DNA of 39,279 bases from Prevotella sp. (GTDB taxonomy: Bacteria; Bacteroidota; Bacteroidia; Bacteroidales; Bacteroidaceae), in assembly GCA_017635615.1 (NCBI GenBank), contig JAGBLC010000151.1, forward strand, positions 1-39,279, given 5' to 3'. The notes under the pieces are model-generated. The model was not told where the DNA came from. It saw nothing but the letters and a program-made list of their open reading frames with translations, and did no database searches. Within the stretch, counting starts at the first letter, position 1. The number at the start of each line of letters is the position of its first letter. Made by a program: the position numbers and the translations under genes. This document shows, piece after piece, positions 1 to 9,240 of the stretch.

Positions 1-1815
1 GAGTTTGAGCAGCGCCGAGGCTACAGTCTGTGGCCCTGGCTGCCTGTGCTGACAGGACAGATTGTGGAGAGCAGCGAGCGCAGCGAGGAGTTTCTCTACG
101 ACTGGCGTACGACCATCGGCGAACTGATTGGCGAGTGTATGTACGAGAATGCGGCACGCATCGCTCATGATTACGGACTGAAGACCTACTTCGAAGCCCA
201 CGAGAACGGTCGGCTCTACCTCGTTGACGGCATGACGGTGAAGAGCAAGGCTGACATCCCGATGGCTGCCATGTGGCGACTCAGCGACAAGCAGGCCTTC
301 AACTCTTCGGGAACGATGGGCGAGAGCGACATCCGTGAGTCGGCCTCGGTGGCTCATCTCTATGGCAAGCCCTTCGTGGCGGTGGAGTCGATGACCGTCA
401 ACGGCTACGTCGGCGGCGCTTATACCGACTATCCCGGCAGTCTGAAGTCGACGGCCGACCTCGAGATGGCCAACGGTGCCAACCGCTTTGTTATACACGA
501 GAGTACCCATCAGCCATTGGACAACGTGCGCCCCGGACTCGGACTGAACTTCTACGGACAGTGGTTCAACCGCCATGAGACGTGGGCTGAACAGGCCCGA
601 GCATGGACCGACTATCTCGCCCGCAGCTGCTACATGCTGCAACAGGGCCGCAATGTGGCCGATATACTTTATTATTATGGCGAAGACGATGTGGTGACAA
701 GTCTCTTCGGACATCAGACGCCCGACCTGCCTGTCGGTTTCAACTACGACTATCTGAACAAAGATGCGCTGCTCGACCTGATACAATACGACGGCCGCTA
801 CCTCACGACACCCAGCGGCTCGCAGTATTCGCTCCTCGTCGTCGGCAAGACCTGCCACCACTTCAGCGAGTCTGTCGTCAAAAAGATAGAAGCTCTGCGT
901 GCGCAAGGCGCCCCCATCGTCTGTGAGTCGTCTGATTCCTCGTCGCAGTGTCCGTTGGCTTTTCCGCCAGGACAATATGCTTCTGTCCTTGCTTCCCTCA
1001 CCCCCGATGTCTCGGCTCCTGATATGACCGACCTGCGCTTTGTGCATCGCACCACGCCCGAAGCAGAAATCTACTGGCTCAACAACCGTTCAAAGACTCC
1101 TCGCCCGTTGCAGGTTACCTTCCGTGTCAGCGGCAGGAAGCCGATGGTTTGGAATCCTGAAACGGGACGTACGGAAGAGGTGTCGTACAGGATGGACAAC
1201 GGAAAGACCACCGTCAGTCTGGACATGTTGCCCGACGATGCACTTTTCGTCGTGTTCTCCGAAAAGACAGAAAAGCAAGAACATGTTGTTGACAAGCCTC
1301 AAGAGGCGGTGTGCTGCAGGATTGACAGTCCGTGGGAAGTGACATTCTTCCCTGCTTCCGACCCCGCCCTTTACGGAAAGCCGCTGACGGAGGGTGGGAT
1401 GACCATCGTCGTCGACCATCTCGGTTCTTACACCGAGTCGACCGATGCGGACATCCGCTACTATTCCGGAACGGCCATCTATCGCAACTCATTCCGTCTG
1501 TCCAAAAAAGATTTCCAGAAGGGGCGCTTACTTCTCGACCTTGGAGACGTGGGCTGTGTGGCCGATGTCTTCATCAACGGTCAGCCCATAGCCACGCTAT
1601 GGAAAGCTCCATACCGTACGGACATCACCGAGGCGTTGCGCAAGGGAAAAAACGAGATAGAGATACGCGTCGTCAACCAATGGGTCAACCGCATCATCGG
1701 CGACCAACAGCCCGGCTGCACACAGCCTGTCACCTATACACCCGTCAAGTTCTACGATGCCACATCGCCCCTGCTGCCGGCCGGCCTGATGGGTCCCGTC
1801 AGCATTGTCTATTAG
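1..1815 (+). CDS. Glycoside hydrolase, GH106 alpha-L-rhamnosidase-like (5' truncated by window edge)
   Basis: Frame open from base 1 (EFEQRRGYSLWPWLPVLTG...). Motifs ADIPMAAMW, ESASVAHLYGK, GANRFVIHES.HQP, GQWFNRHETWAE, and a C-terminal GH2-like sugar-binding domain (LLLDLGDV...WKAPYR.DIT, PAGLMGPV). Confidence 0.8.
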   Translation, partial: EFEQRRGYSLWPWLPVLTGQIVESSERSEEFLYDWRTTIGELIGECMYENAARIAHDYGLKTYFEAHENGRLYLVDGMTVKSKADIPMAAMWRLSDKQAFNSSGTMGESDIRESASVAHLYGKPFVAVESMTVNGYVGGAYTDYPGSLKSTADLEMANGANRFVIHESTHQPLDNVRPGLGLNFYGQWFNRHETWAEQARAWTDYLARSCYMLQQGRNVADILYYYGEDDVVTSLFGHQTPDLPVGFNYDYLNKDALLDLIQYDGRYLTTPSGSQYSLLVVGKTCHHFSESVVKKIEALRAQGAPIVCESSDSSSQCPLAFPPGQYASVLASLTPDVSAPDMTDLRFVHRTTPEAEIYWLNNRSKTPRPLQVTFRVSGRKPMVWNPETGRTEEVSYRMDNGKTTVSLDMLPDDALFVVFSEKTEKQEHVVDKPQEAVCCRIDSPWEVTFFPASDPALYGKPLTEGGMTIVVDHLGSYTESTDADIRYYSGTAIYRNSFRLSKKDFQKGRLLLDLGDVGCVADVFINGQPIATLWKAPYRTDITEALRKGKNEIEIRVVNQWVNRIIGDQQPGCTQPVTYTPVKFYDATSPLLPAGLMGPVSIVY

Positions 1816-1817
1816 CA

Positions 1818-3707
1818 TTATTGCTGCATGTCGTGCAGCTTGTGATAATAACCGTCGCGGGCGAGCAGCTCGTCGTGAGTGCCCCGTTCAACAATCTGTC
1901 CCTCGTGCAGCACGCATATCTCGTCGGCGTTCTTGATAGTAGACAGGCGGTGGGCGATAGCTATGGTGGTGCGTGTCTTCATCAGTTTCTCCAGTGCATC
2001 CTGAACGAGGCGCTCGCTCTCGGTGTCGAGGGCCGACGTAGCCTCGTCGAGGATAAGGATGGGCGGATTCTTCAGGATGGCCCGAGCGATGCTTACTCGC
2101 TGCCGCTGACCGCCAGAGAGACGTCCGCCACGGTCGCCTATATTCGTGTCGTAACCCTGTTCCGACTGCATGATGAAGTCGTGGGCGTTGGCTATCTGCG
2201 CAGCCTGTTCGATGTCGGCCTGCGATGCCTGTTGGTTTCCAAACGAAATGTTGTTGCGGAACGAGTCGTTGAAGAGGATGGCCTCTTGGTTGACGTTGCC
2301 GATGAGTTGCCGCAGGTCGTACAGACCTAAGTCTTTCACGTTGATGCCATCGATGAGTACCTCACCCTCCTGCACGTCGTAGTAGCGCGGGATGAGGTCG
2401 ACGAGTGTCGACTTCCCCCCACCCGACTGCCCAACGAGGGCCACGGTCTTACCCTTCTCGATGACGAGGTTGATATCGCGCAGCACCCAATTGACAGACG
2501 TTTCCTGCTCCATAGCGCAATCTCCCCCCTCTCCACTCGGAGAGGGGTTGGGGGTGAGGCTATATCCGAACCATACATGGCGGAACTCTATCTGATGTTC
2601 AAACGCCGAGATATGCTTCGGATGGGCAGGTTCCTTGATGTTGCTCTCAGCCATCAGTATCTTGTCTACCCTTTCCATCGAAGCCAAGCCCTTCGGGATG
2701 TTGTAGCCAGCCTTGGAAAACTCCTTCAGCGGATTGATGATAGAGTAGAGAATGACCATGTAATAAATGAAGATAGGGCCTGTCAAGGTCATGTTGTTCA
2801 GCACCAGAATACCGCCGAACCACAACACAATGACAATCATCACCGTACCCAGGAACTCCGACATCGGATGGGCCATCGACTGGCGGATGTTCACGCGCAT
2901 GATGTCGTTGCGGTAGGCTGTGTTGATCCGGTCGAACTTCTTGTTCATCAGCGTTTCGGCACAGAAGGCCTTGATGATGCGCAGTCCGCCCAACGTCTCT
3001 TCCACCTGGCTCATCGTGTCGCTCCAGAGTGCCTGCGCTTTGATGCTCTTTCGCTTCAGCTTGCGGCCCACCATCCCCATGAACCATCCGAAGATGGGAA
3101 CGAAGATGATGGTGAAGAGCGTCAGTTGCCACGACACGACGAGGAGCATGGCGAAATAGACGATGATGAGGATGGGGTTCTTGAAGAGCATGTCTAAAGA
3201 TGACATAATACTGTTTTCTATCTCCTGCACATCGCCGCTCATACGAGCGATGATGTCGCCCTTGCGTTCTTCGCTGAAAAAGCCGAGCGGCAGCGATGTT
3301 ATCTTCTGGTAGAGTTGGTTGCGGATGTCGCGGACAACGCCCGTTCGGATGGGGATGATCGTTGCCGACGAGAGGAAGTAGGCTCCCGTCTTCAGGGCCG
3401 TCATCACAGCCAGGACGATGCCGATGACGAGTAGTGCCGTTGTGGCTCCTGATGAAGCGATGAGCTGGTTGACGTAGTAGTTCATGTTGTTCATCGCCAC
3501 TTCGTCGATATTGCTCCACGTCCAAGGCATCAGCTGTGTGGCACTCTCGCCGTCGCCCGTCTTGAACAGGATGTTGAGCATGGGGATGAGCGTAGCGAAA
3601 GAGAAGATGTTCAGCACGGCCGACAGGATGTTGAATACCACAGACAGCACCAGATACTTCTTATAGGGCGGCACGAATCGCCGCAATACTTTCAGAAATT
3701 CCTTCAT
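1818..3707 (-). CDS. ABC exporter, fused permease/ATP-binding (MsbA-like)
   Basis: N-terminal TM helices, Walker A GQSGGGKST, signature LSGGQRQR, Walker B ILILDEATSALD, IAHRLST. Start placed at ATG 3707 (MKEFLKVLRRF); the longer ORF runs into miaB. Confidence 0.9.
   Translation of the reverse strand: MKEFLKVLRRFVPPYKKYLVLSVVFNILSAVLNIFSFATLIPMLNILFKTGDGESATQLMPWTWSNIDEVAMNNMNYYVNQLIASSGATTALLVIGIVLAVMTALKTGAYFLSSATIIPIRTGVVRDIRNQLYQKITSLPLGFFSEERKGDIIARMSGDVQEIENSIMSSLDMLFKNPILIIVYFAMLLVVSWQLTLFTIIFVPIFGWFMGMVGRKLKRKSIKAQALWSDTMSQVEETLGGLRIIKAFCAETLMNKKFDRINTAYRNDIMRVNIRQSMAHPMSEFLGTVMIVIVLWFGGILVLNNMTLTGPIFIYYMVILYSIINPLKEFSKAGYNIPKGLASMERVDKILMAESNIKEPAHPKHISAFEHQIEFRHVWFGYSLTPNPSPSGEGGDCAMEQETSVNWVLRDINLVIEKGKTVALVGQSGGGKSTLVDLIPRYYDVQEGEVLIDGINVKDLGLYDLRQLIGNVNQEAILFNDSFRNNISFGNQQASQADIEQAAQIANAHDFIMQSEQGYDTNIGDRGGRLSGGQRQRVSIARAILKNPPILILDEATSALDTESERLVQDALEKLMKTRTTIAIAHRLSTIKNADEICVLHEGQIVERGTHDELLARDGYYHKLHDMQQ
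2521..2560. repeat. REP-like palindromic element inside the ABC exporter CDS (encodes LTPNPSPSGEG)
   Basis: CCCCTCTCC-actc-GGAGAGGGG 9-bp stem (2526-2547) followed by TTGGGGGTGAGG; related sequence at 12863-12894. Confidence 0.75.
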
Positions 3708-3730
3708 GAATCTTTTTGCTTGTTGTCGAT

Positions 3731-3783
3731 ATTTCGATTTTCTCGCATTTCGGCATTCCGGTATTTCGAGGTTTCGAGGTTCC
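3731..3783. repeat. Degenerate 8-bp tandem repeat (ATTTCGAG-like) between miaB and the ABC exporter
   Basis: atttcgat tttctcgc atttcggc attccggt atttcgag gtttcgag gttcc. Confidence 0.6.
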
Positions 3784-3787
3784 AAAA

Positions 3788-5158
3788 CTAAAAAACCGGC
3801 TTGCCGAACAGCGTGGCACTGGTGCTCCCCGTGATGCGGACACGAACGGTATCGCCAATGTGGTTGCTGCCCTTGTCGAACACCACCATTTTGTTTTGGG
3901 GCGTACGGCCGCACAACTGTTCGTGCGAACGTTTGCTGAAATTTTCCACCAACACATCGAAGCAGAGACCCACATCGAGAGCGTTGCGCTGCGCTGAGAT
4001 CTGTGTCTGCAGGGCTATGAGCTCGTTCAGACGACGTATCTTCTCTTCTTCGGGAACATTGTCGTCAAGGTGTTTGGCAGCATACGTACCCGGTCGTTCG
4101 GAATATTTGAACATAAAGGCGGAGTCGAACTGAACCTCTCTGACCAGCGAGAGCGTCTGTTGGAAGTCGGCTTCCGTCTCGTTGCAATAGCCTACGAAGA
4201 TGTCGGTCGACAGTCCGCAGCCTGGAATGATGCGGCGAATCGAGGCCACTTTCTGCAGATAGTCCTCGCGAGTGTACTTACGGTTCATCAGCCGCAATGT
4301 CTCGTTGCTGCCACTCTGAGCCGGGAAGTGGATGTGCGGACAGAGGTTAGGCTCTTCGGCAATGGCATAGAGGATGTCCTCGCTCATGTCTTCAGGATTG
4401 GAAGTAGTGAAACGCACGCGCATCTGTGGCACCTCACGAGCTACACGGCGCAGCAGTTGGGCGAAGCTGGTGCCGCCCTCTATGGGCTTTCCGGAAGGCG
4501 AGAGGCCATAGCTGTTGACGTTCTGTCCGAGCAGTGTCACCTCGCGGAAGCCTTTCTCGCTCAGGTCGTTCACCTCGCGAAGAATGCTCTCCACGTCGCG
4601 TGAGCGTTCCCTGCCACGAGTGTAAGGCACGATGCAGTAGTGGCAGAAGTTGTTGCAGCCACGCATAATGCTGACAAAACCGCCGATACGTGCACCGAAG
4701 ATGCGCTGTGGGATGATGTCGCGGTAAGTCTCGGATGTTGACAGCTCGATGTTGATGGCCTTGTGGCCAGTCTCAGCCTGTGCGATGAGGTCGGGCAGTG
4801 TGAGATAGGCATCCGGTCCGGCCACGAGGTCGGCATGATGACTGTTGAGCAGGTCTTCCTTGACCCGCTCGGCCATACAGCCAAGTACACCGATGATGAG
4901 GGAAGTCGGCTCCTGGCCTCCCCGAGAGAAGGAAGAAGCGGTCTGACGCCTTTTCTTTATGGCGTTGAGTACATCGAGGCGATGGTAAATCTTCTGCTCG
5001 GCGTTGTCGCGCACCGAGCAGGTATTGAGGAATACGGCATCAGCCTCGTCGAGGCTGTCGGTTGTTTCGTAGCCCGCCATCTGCATGACGGCGGCGACGA
5101 CCTCCGAGTCGGCTACATTCATCTGGCAGCCGTAGGTTTCGATATAGAGTTTTTTCAT
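3788..5158 (-). CDS. miaB: tRNA-2-methylthio-N6-dimethylallyladenosine synthase MiaB
   Basis: IETYGCQMNVADSE, LNTCSVRDNAE, GVLGCMAER, radical SAM motif CNNFCHYC, C-terminal TRAM domain. Start at ATG 5158 (MKKLYIETYGC). Confidence 0.96.
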   Translation of the reverse strand: MKKLYIETYGCQMNVADSEVVAAVMQMAGYETTDSLDEADAVFLNTCSVRDNAEQKIYHRLDVLNAIKKRRQTASSFSRGGQEPTSLIIGVLGCMAERVKEDLLNSHHADLVAGPDAYLTLPDLIAQAETGHKAINIELSTSETYRDIIPQRIFGARIGGFVSIMRGCNNFCHYCIVPYTRGRERSRDVESILREVNDLSEKGFREVTLLGQNVNSYGLSPSGKPIEGGTSFAQLLRRVAREVPQMRVRFTTSNPEDMSEDILYAIAEEPNLCPHIHFPAQSGSNETLRLMNRKYTREDYLQKVASIRRIIPGCGLSTDIFVGYCNETEADFQQTLSLVREVQFDSAFMFKYSERPGTYAAKHLDDNVPEEEKIRRLNELIALQTQISAQRNALDVGLCFDVLVENFSKRSHEQLCGRTPQNKMVVFDKGSNHIGDTVRVRITGSTSATLFGKPVF

Positions 5159-5172
5159 AAAGAACAACGTAT

Positions 5173-7395
5173 TTATTCGGCGAGCGTGAAGTCGAGCTGT
5201 CGCTTGTCGATGTTGGCGCGTGCCACACGGATGCGGATGGGGTCGCCCAGCTGATATTTGTGGTGACGGCGACGACCCACGAGGCGGTAGTTGCGCTCGT
5301 CGAAGTCGTAGTAGTCGTCGTCGAGGTCGGACATGGGCACCATTCCCTCGCAGTGGTTCTCGTCTATCTCGGCATAGATGCCATAGGAAGTGATGCCGCT
5401 GATATGGGCATCGAACTCCTCGCCGATGAACTGCGACATAAACTCCACCATCTTGTATTTGATAGAGTCGCGCTCGGCATATTGTGCCGTCTGCTCCATG
5501 TCCGACGAGTGCTCGCAGAGTTCCTCGTAGTGGTCTTTGTTGGCCGAGCGCCCACCCTCCTGATATCGTGTGAGCAGCCGGTGCACCATTGTGTCGGGGT
5601 AGCGACGGATGGGCGAGGTGAAATGGGTGTAATAGTCGAAGCTGAGGCCGTAGTGGCCGATGTTGTGGACACTGTATTTGGCCTTCATCATGGCTCGGAG
5701 GGCCACCATCTGGATGACGTTCTCCTCTTTCTTTCCGTGGACATCGTCCATCAGCTTGTTGAGCGAACGCGATATCTCGCCCTTCGTACCCATCGTCTTC
5801 ACTTTGTAGCCGAAGCGGGTGATAAACTGCCGCAGCGTTTCCAGCTTCGTCGGGTCGGGCTGTTCGTGGATGCGGTAGGGCAGCGTCTTGGCCTTCTTTC
5901 CCTTGGGGACGCGGCCGATGCTCTCTGCCACTTGTCGGTTGGCCAGCAGCATGAACTCCTCGATGAGCTGTGTGGCCTCGTTCGAGCGCTTGAAGTAGGC
6001 GCGTGTCGGCTTGCCCTTCTCGTCGATGTCGAAGTGCAGCTCTTCGCGGTCGAAGCGCATGGCCCCATTCTTGAAGCGCTGTTCGCGCAACTTCTGAGCC
6101 AGTTGGTTCAAGATGAGGATGGCAGTGTTTATCGAAGGTGTGAGATTACTCTCAGAGCTATTCTTTTGCTCGCCGACTGCCGTCCCCTTGTCCCCACGAG
6201 TAATAATATCCTGCACCTCCTCGTAGGCAAAGCGTCGGTCGCTGCGAATGACGGTGTGGACGAGTCGCCAGGAATGTATCTTTGCCTCGTCGTCGAGCAG
6301 GAACACCACGCTATAGCACAACTTCTCCTCGTCGGGTCGGAGCGAGCAGATGAAGTTGCAGAGTCGTTCGGGCAGCATGGGAATAGTCCTGTCTACGAGG
6401 TAGACGCTTGTGGCGCGACGCTGTGCCTCCTTGTCGATGACGCTGCCCTCCTTGACATAGTGCGACACATCGGCAATATGGACACCCACTTCGTAGAAAG
6501 ACGACGAGCTGTTTGTCTTTCCCCCTTTCACCTTGTCAATCATCCGGAACGAGAGTGCGTCGTCGAAGTCCTTGGCATCCTTCGGGTCGATGGTAAAGGT
6601 GAGCACGTCGCGGAAGTCTTCGCGGCGGGCTATCTCCTCGGGAGTGATGCCCGGTTCGATACGTTTGGCAGCCTCCTCGACATTCTTCGGGTATTTGTAA
6701 GGAAGGTTATACTGAGCCAGGATAGCGTGCATCTCGGCATTGTTCTCACCAGTCTTACCCAGGATGTCGACCACTTCGCCCGCAATGTTCTTGCTTTCCA
6801 TCGACGGCCACTCGGTTATCTTCACCACAGCCTTATCGCCCGTCTTGCCACCCTTGAGCTTGCGCTTTGGGATGAACACGTCGTGGACGAACGTGTTGTT
6901 GTCGGAGATGAGGAAGGCGAAGTCGCGCTCCACCTTCAGCCGTCCCACCACCTGGTCGTGGGCGCGTTTCAATATTTCGGTCACCATCGCCTCCTTGATA
7001 TGTTTCTGGCGGCGGGCCATCATCGTGACGCGCACCCGGTCGCCATTCAGGGCGAACATCGAGTTGCGCTCCGCCACAAAGACGGGCTTGTCGGAACCGT
7101 CGGCAAGGAACGAGTTCTTGCCGTTGGCCTTGCGGATGAACGTTCCTTCGGCCACCTGTCCCTGCATGTTCAGGCGGTAGTGGTTTTCGGCTTCCTTCTT
7201 CAGATAGTCGTCCCAAGCCATATCTTCGAGGATGTCTACGCACAGCATCTTTGCCGGATGTGTATCGAGGTGGAGCAACTTGAAAATTTGCTTCATGGAG
7301 AACGATGTGGCGGGGTTCTGCTGAAACAATGCAGAGACCAACTCCACCATCTGTTTCTTGGTCAGGCGTTTGCCTTTGTTTTTTCCTTTTGCCAT
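5173..7395 (-). CDS. rnr: Ribonuclease R
   Basis: RNB motifs TIDPKDAKDFDDA, GVHIADVSHYV, IEEFMLLAN, YTHFTSPIRRYPD; N-terminal cold-shock domains and C-terminal S1. Start at ATG 7395. Confidence 0.95.
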   Translation of the reverse strand: MAKGKNKGKRLTKKQMVELVSALFQQNPATSFSMKQIFKLLHLDTHPAKMLCVDILEDMAWDDYLKKEAENHYRLNMQGQVAEGTFIRKANGKNSFLADGSDKPVFVAERNSMFALNGDRVRVTMMARRQKHIKEAMVTEILKRAHDQVVGRLKVERDFAFLISDNNTFVHDVFIPKRKLKGGKTGDKAVVKITEWPSMESKNIAGEVVDILGKTGENNAEMHAILAQYNLPYKYPKNVEEAAKRIEPGITPEEIARREDFRDVLTFTIDPKDAKDFDDALSFRMIDKVKGGKTNSSSSFYEVGVHIADVSHYVKEGSVIDKEAQRRATSVYLVDRTIPMLPERLCNFICSLRPDEEKLCYSVVFLLDDEAKIHSWRLVHTVIRSDRRFAYEEVQDIITRGDKGTAVGEQKNSSESNLTPSINTAILILNQLAQKLREQRFKNGAMRFDREELHFDIDEKGKPTRAYFKRSNEATQLIEEFMLLANRQVAESIGRVPKGKKAKTLPYRIHEQPDPTKLETLRQFITRFGYKVKTMGTKGEISRSLNKLMDDVHGKKEENVIQMVALRAMMKAKYSVHNIGHYGLSFDYYTHFTSPIRRYPDTMVHRLLTRYQEGGRSANKDHYEELCEHSSDMEQTAQYAERDSIKYKMVEFMSQFIGEEFDAHISGITSYGIYAEIDENHCEGMVPMSDLDDDYYDFDERNYRLVGRRRHHKYQLGDPIRIRVARANIDKRQLDFTLAE

Positions 7396-7419
7396 AGCTG
7401 TATCTGTCGTATGTTTTTG

Positions 7420-7427
7420 CAAAGGTA
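7420..7427 (-). promoter_or_regulatory. Bacteroidota sigma-70 -7 element (TACCTTTG) for rnr-miaB-ABC exporter
   Basis: Exact TAnnTTTG match 25 nt upstream of the rnr ATG. Confidence 0.7.
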
Positions 7428-7498
7428 CATAAAAAAAATGAGACGAAAAGCGAAAAACGAAAAAATCGACATAAATTGAAGAGATTTAAAGAAAGATT

Positions 7499-7530
7499 TT
7501 TGCGCAATCCAGAATAAATTCGTAATTTTG
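7499..7530 (+). promoter_or_regulatory. Bacteroidota promoter (-33 TTTG, -7 TAATTTTG) for the C1 peptidase
   Basis: TTTG 7499-7502, 20-nt spacer, TAATTTTG 7523-7530. Confidence 0.7.
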
Positions 7531-7548
7531 CACCTTCAAACGTACACA

Positions 7549-8619
7549 ATGGTGAGAATCGTGGCATTGATGTTGACACTGGTGACCATGCTGACAGCGT
7601 GCAACCGCCAAAAAGGAAACGAAGGCAACATGCAGGCGCCTCCGCAGACGGAGTGCATCGTCGGCTACACACCGGTGAAAGACCAGGGGCACAGCTCGCT
7701 TTGCTGGATGTATGCCATGCTGGCCACGATAGAGAGCGAACACCTCATGCGTGGCGACTCGGTGAACCTTTCGCCCCACTTCGTGGCACGACGCATGCTG
7801 GAGATGCAGGCCGAACAGCACTACCTGTCGGACGGCAGGAAGCCCATCGTCATGCGTGGTGTCTGTTCGCAGCTCGTCGACCTGCTCATGCGCTATGGTA
7901 CATGCCAGTACGATGCCTACCGCAGCGACGTCAACTACAGCGTGTTGATGCGTCGTGTAGAAGAACTGGTCAACACCTCTATAAAAAAACGCACGGGCGT
8001 GAAGCAGCTACGGCGCGACCTGGCCCGCCTGCTCGACAACGAGATACGTCCCGACCTGCGCTATGTCTTCATGTACGGAGCCGAATATACGCCGCAGGAG
8101 TTTGCACGGAGTGTCTGCCAGGAAGACGAATATGTGGCACTGACCAGCTTCACACACCATCCTTTCGGCGAGCAGTTCGCCCTGGAGGTGCCCGACAACC
8201 ACGGGCGCTACCCCTTTCTGAACCTGCCCCTCGACACGCTCACGACGCACATCGAGCGAGCCCTTCGCGGCGGTCATCCCGTCTGTTGGGAGGGCGACAC
8301 CAGCGAGGCGCTGTTCTCTTTCGAGAAAGGCATCGCACGCATGGCCGACGAGCGTCAGGAGGTAACGCAGGAGACGAGGCAGCGCGACTTCGAACGATTC
8401 ACCACGACCGACGACCACTGCATGGAAATAGTGGGCATCGCCCGCACGCCGAAAGGGAAGAAATACTTCATCTGTAAGAACTCGTGGGGTAGCGACAACC
8501 CCTTTGGCGGACTGATGTACATGAGCGAGAACTACCTGCGCGCCAAGACCATCGGCGTATGGATGACGCAGGAAGCCTTTCAGCTTCGACAAAACCTAAC
8601 AGCCGACTCGACAGAATGA
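7549..8619 (+). CDS. Papain-family (C1, aminopeptidase C/bleomycin hydrolase-like) cysteine peptidase, lipoprotein
   Basis: Lipobox LTAC; catalytic motifs QGHSSLCW, DDHCM, KNSWG. Start at ATG 7549. Confidence 0.88.
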   Translation: MVRIVALMLTLVTMLTACNRQKGNEGNMQAPPQTECIVGYTPVKDQGHSSLCWMYAMLATIESEHLMRGDSVNLSPHFVARRMLEMQAEQHYLSDGRKPIVMRGVCSQLVDLLMRYGTCQYDAYRSDVNYSVLMRRVEELVNTSIKKRTGVKQLRRDLARLLDNEIRPDLRYVFMYGAEYTPQEFARSVCQEDEYVALTSFTHHPFGEQFALEVPDNHGRYPFLNLPLDTLTTHIERALRGGHPVCWEGDTSEALFSFEKGIARMADERQEVTQETRQRDFERFTTTDDHCMEIVGIARTPKGKKYFICKNSWGSDNPFGGLMYMSENYLRAKTIGVWMTQEAFQLRQNLTADSTE

Positions 8620-9032
8620 TTCAACAAGACTATATCATGCGGATTATCCGCGAGTTTATGGAAGCCCTGCAGCTGTATGTCAGCCGGCAGAAAGATGTCA
8701 AGAAGAAGCAAGAGAAGATTCTCGAGCTCTACGACAGCTATGTTGGCGACCATGTGTTCTACCATACCGCCACAATGGACGACGTGATGGACTCCTTCAC
8801 CCGGTGGCCGGAGGAGGAACGTCTCTACCGCATGGAGATGCTCGCCGAGCTCTATTACGCCGAGACGGAAGTCAAGACAGGGCCTATGCGCCAGATGCTG
8901 TTCGAGCGGGCCATGCAGATGTTCGTCTTCATCGACCGCAACAGTCGCACCTTCTCCTTCGACAGGCAAAGCAAGATAAGCCGTATTCAAGAGATTCTCC
9001 ATCGGGAAACAGCTCAAAATGGAGAGCCGTAG
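8616..9032 (+). CDS. Conserved hypothetical alpha-helical protein (DUF6483-like N-terminus)
   Basis: MIQQDYIMRIIREF start; ATGA overlap with the peptidase stop implies translational coupling. Confidence 0.7.
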   Translation: MIQQDYIMRIIREFMEALQLYVSRQKDVKKKQEKILELYDSYVGDHVFYHTATMDDVMDSFTRWPEEERLYRMEMLAELYYAETEVKTGPMRQMLFERAMQMFVFIDRNSRTFSFDRQSKISRIQEILHRETAQNGEP

Positions 9033-9073
9033 AGCCGATTTGTTGAAAAAAAAGTGGTTTATGCTGAAGATAT

Positions 9074-9104
9074 TTTGCATATTACGCAATTTGTATTACC
9101 TTTG
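9074..9104 (+). promoter_or_regulatory. Bacteroidota promoter (-33 TTTG, -7 TACCTTTG) for the VTC operon
   Basis: TTTG 9074-9077, 19-nt spacer, TACCTTTG 9097-9104. Confidence 0.72.
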
Positions 9105-9132
9105 CAAGCGAGATAGTTATTCAGGGTGATAA

Positions 9133-9225
9133 TAAAAAGGAGCCAGAGAGACGAACTCTTACATTGTCTTCTCACTCATTATGTTTCATTTATTTTTTTG
9201 AGTTTGTTTCTCTGCTCCTATTTTA
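9133..9225 (+). promoter_or_regulatory. Long stem-loop in the 5' leader of the VTC operon (candidate cis-regulatory RNA)
   Basis: AGGAGC(C)AGAGAGACGAACTC (9138-9158) pairs with GAGTTTGTTTCTCTGCTCCT (9200-9219) with one bulge and two G-U pairs on the + strand. Confidence 0.55.
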
Positions 9226-9240
9226 AAAACTTTAGCAAAG

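Noticed and set aside
3708-3914. N-terminal extension of the ABC exporter ORF
   Set aside because: Overlaps the miaB 3' end and an intergenic repeat tract; the typical start is MKEF at 3707.
4470-4510. MiaB segment GLSPSGKPIEGG as a repeat insertion
   Set aside because: This position is a naturally variable loop in MiaB and the DNA forms no convincing palindrome.
5260-7479. 739-aa + strand ORF, and similar long antisense ORFs (e.g. 1332-2330, 22359-23567, 27204-28601, 29100-30350, 30382-31854)
   Set aside because: Shadow ORFs opposite well-supported genes in GC-rich, codon-biased DNA; no recognisable motifs.
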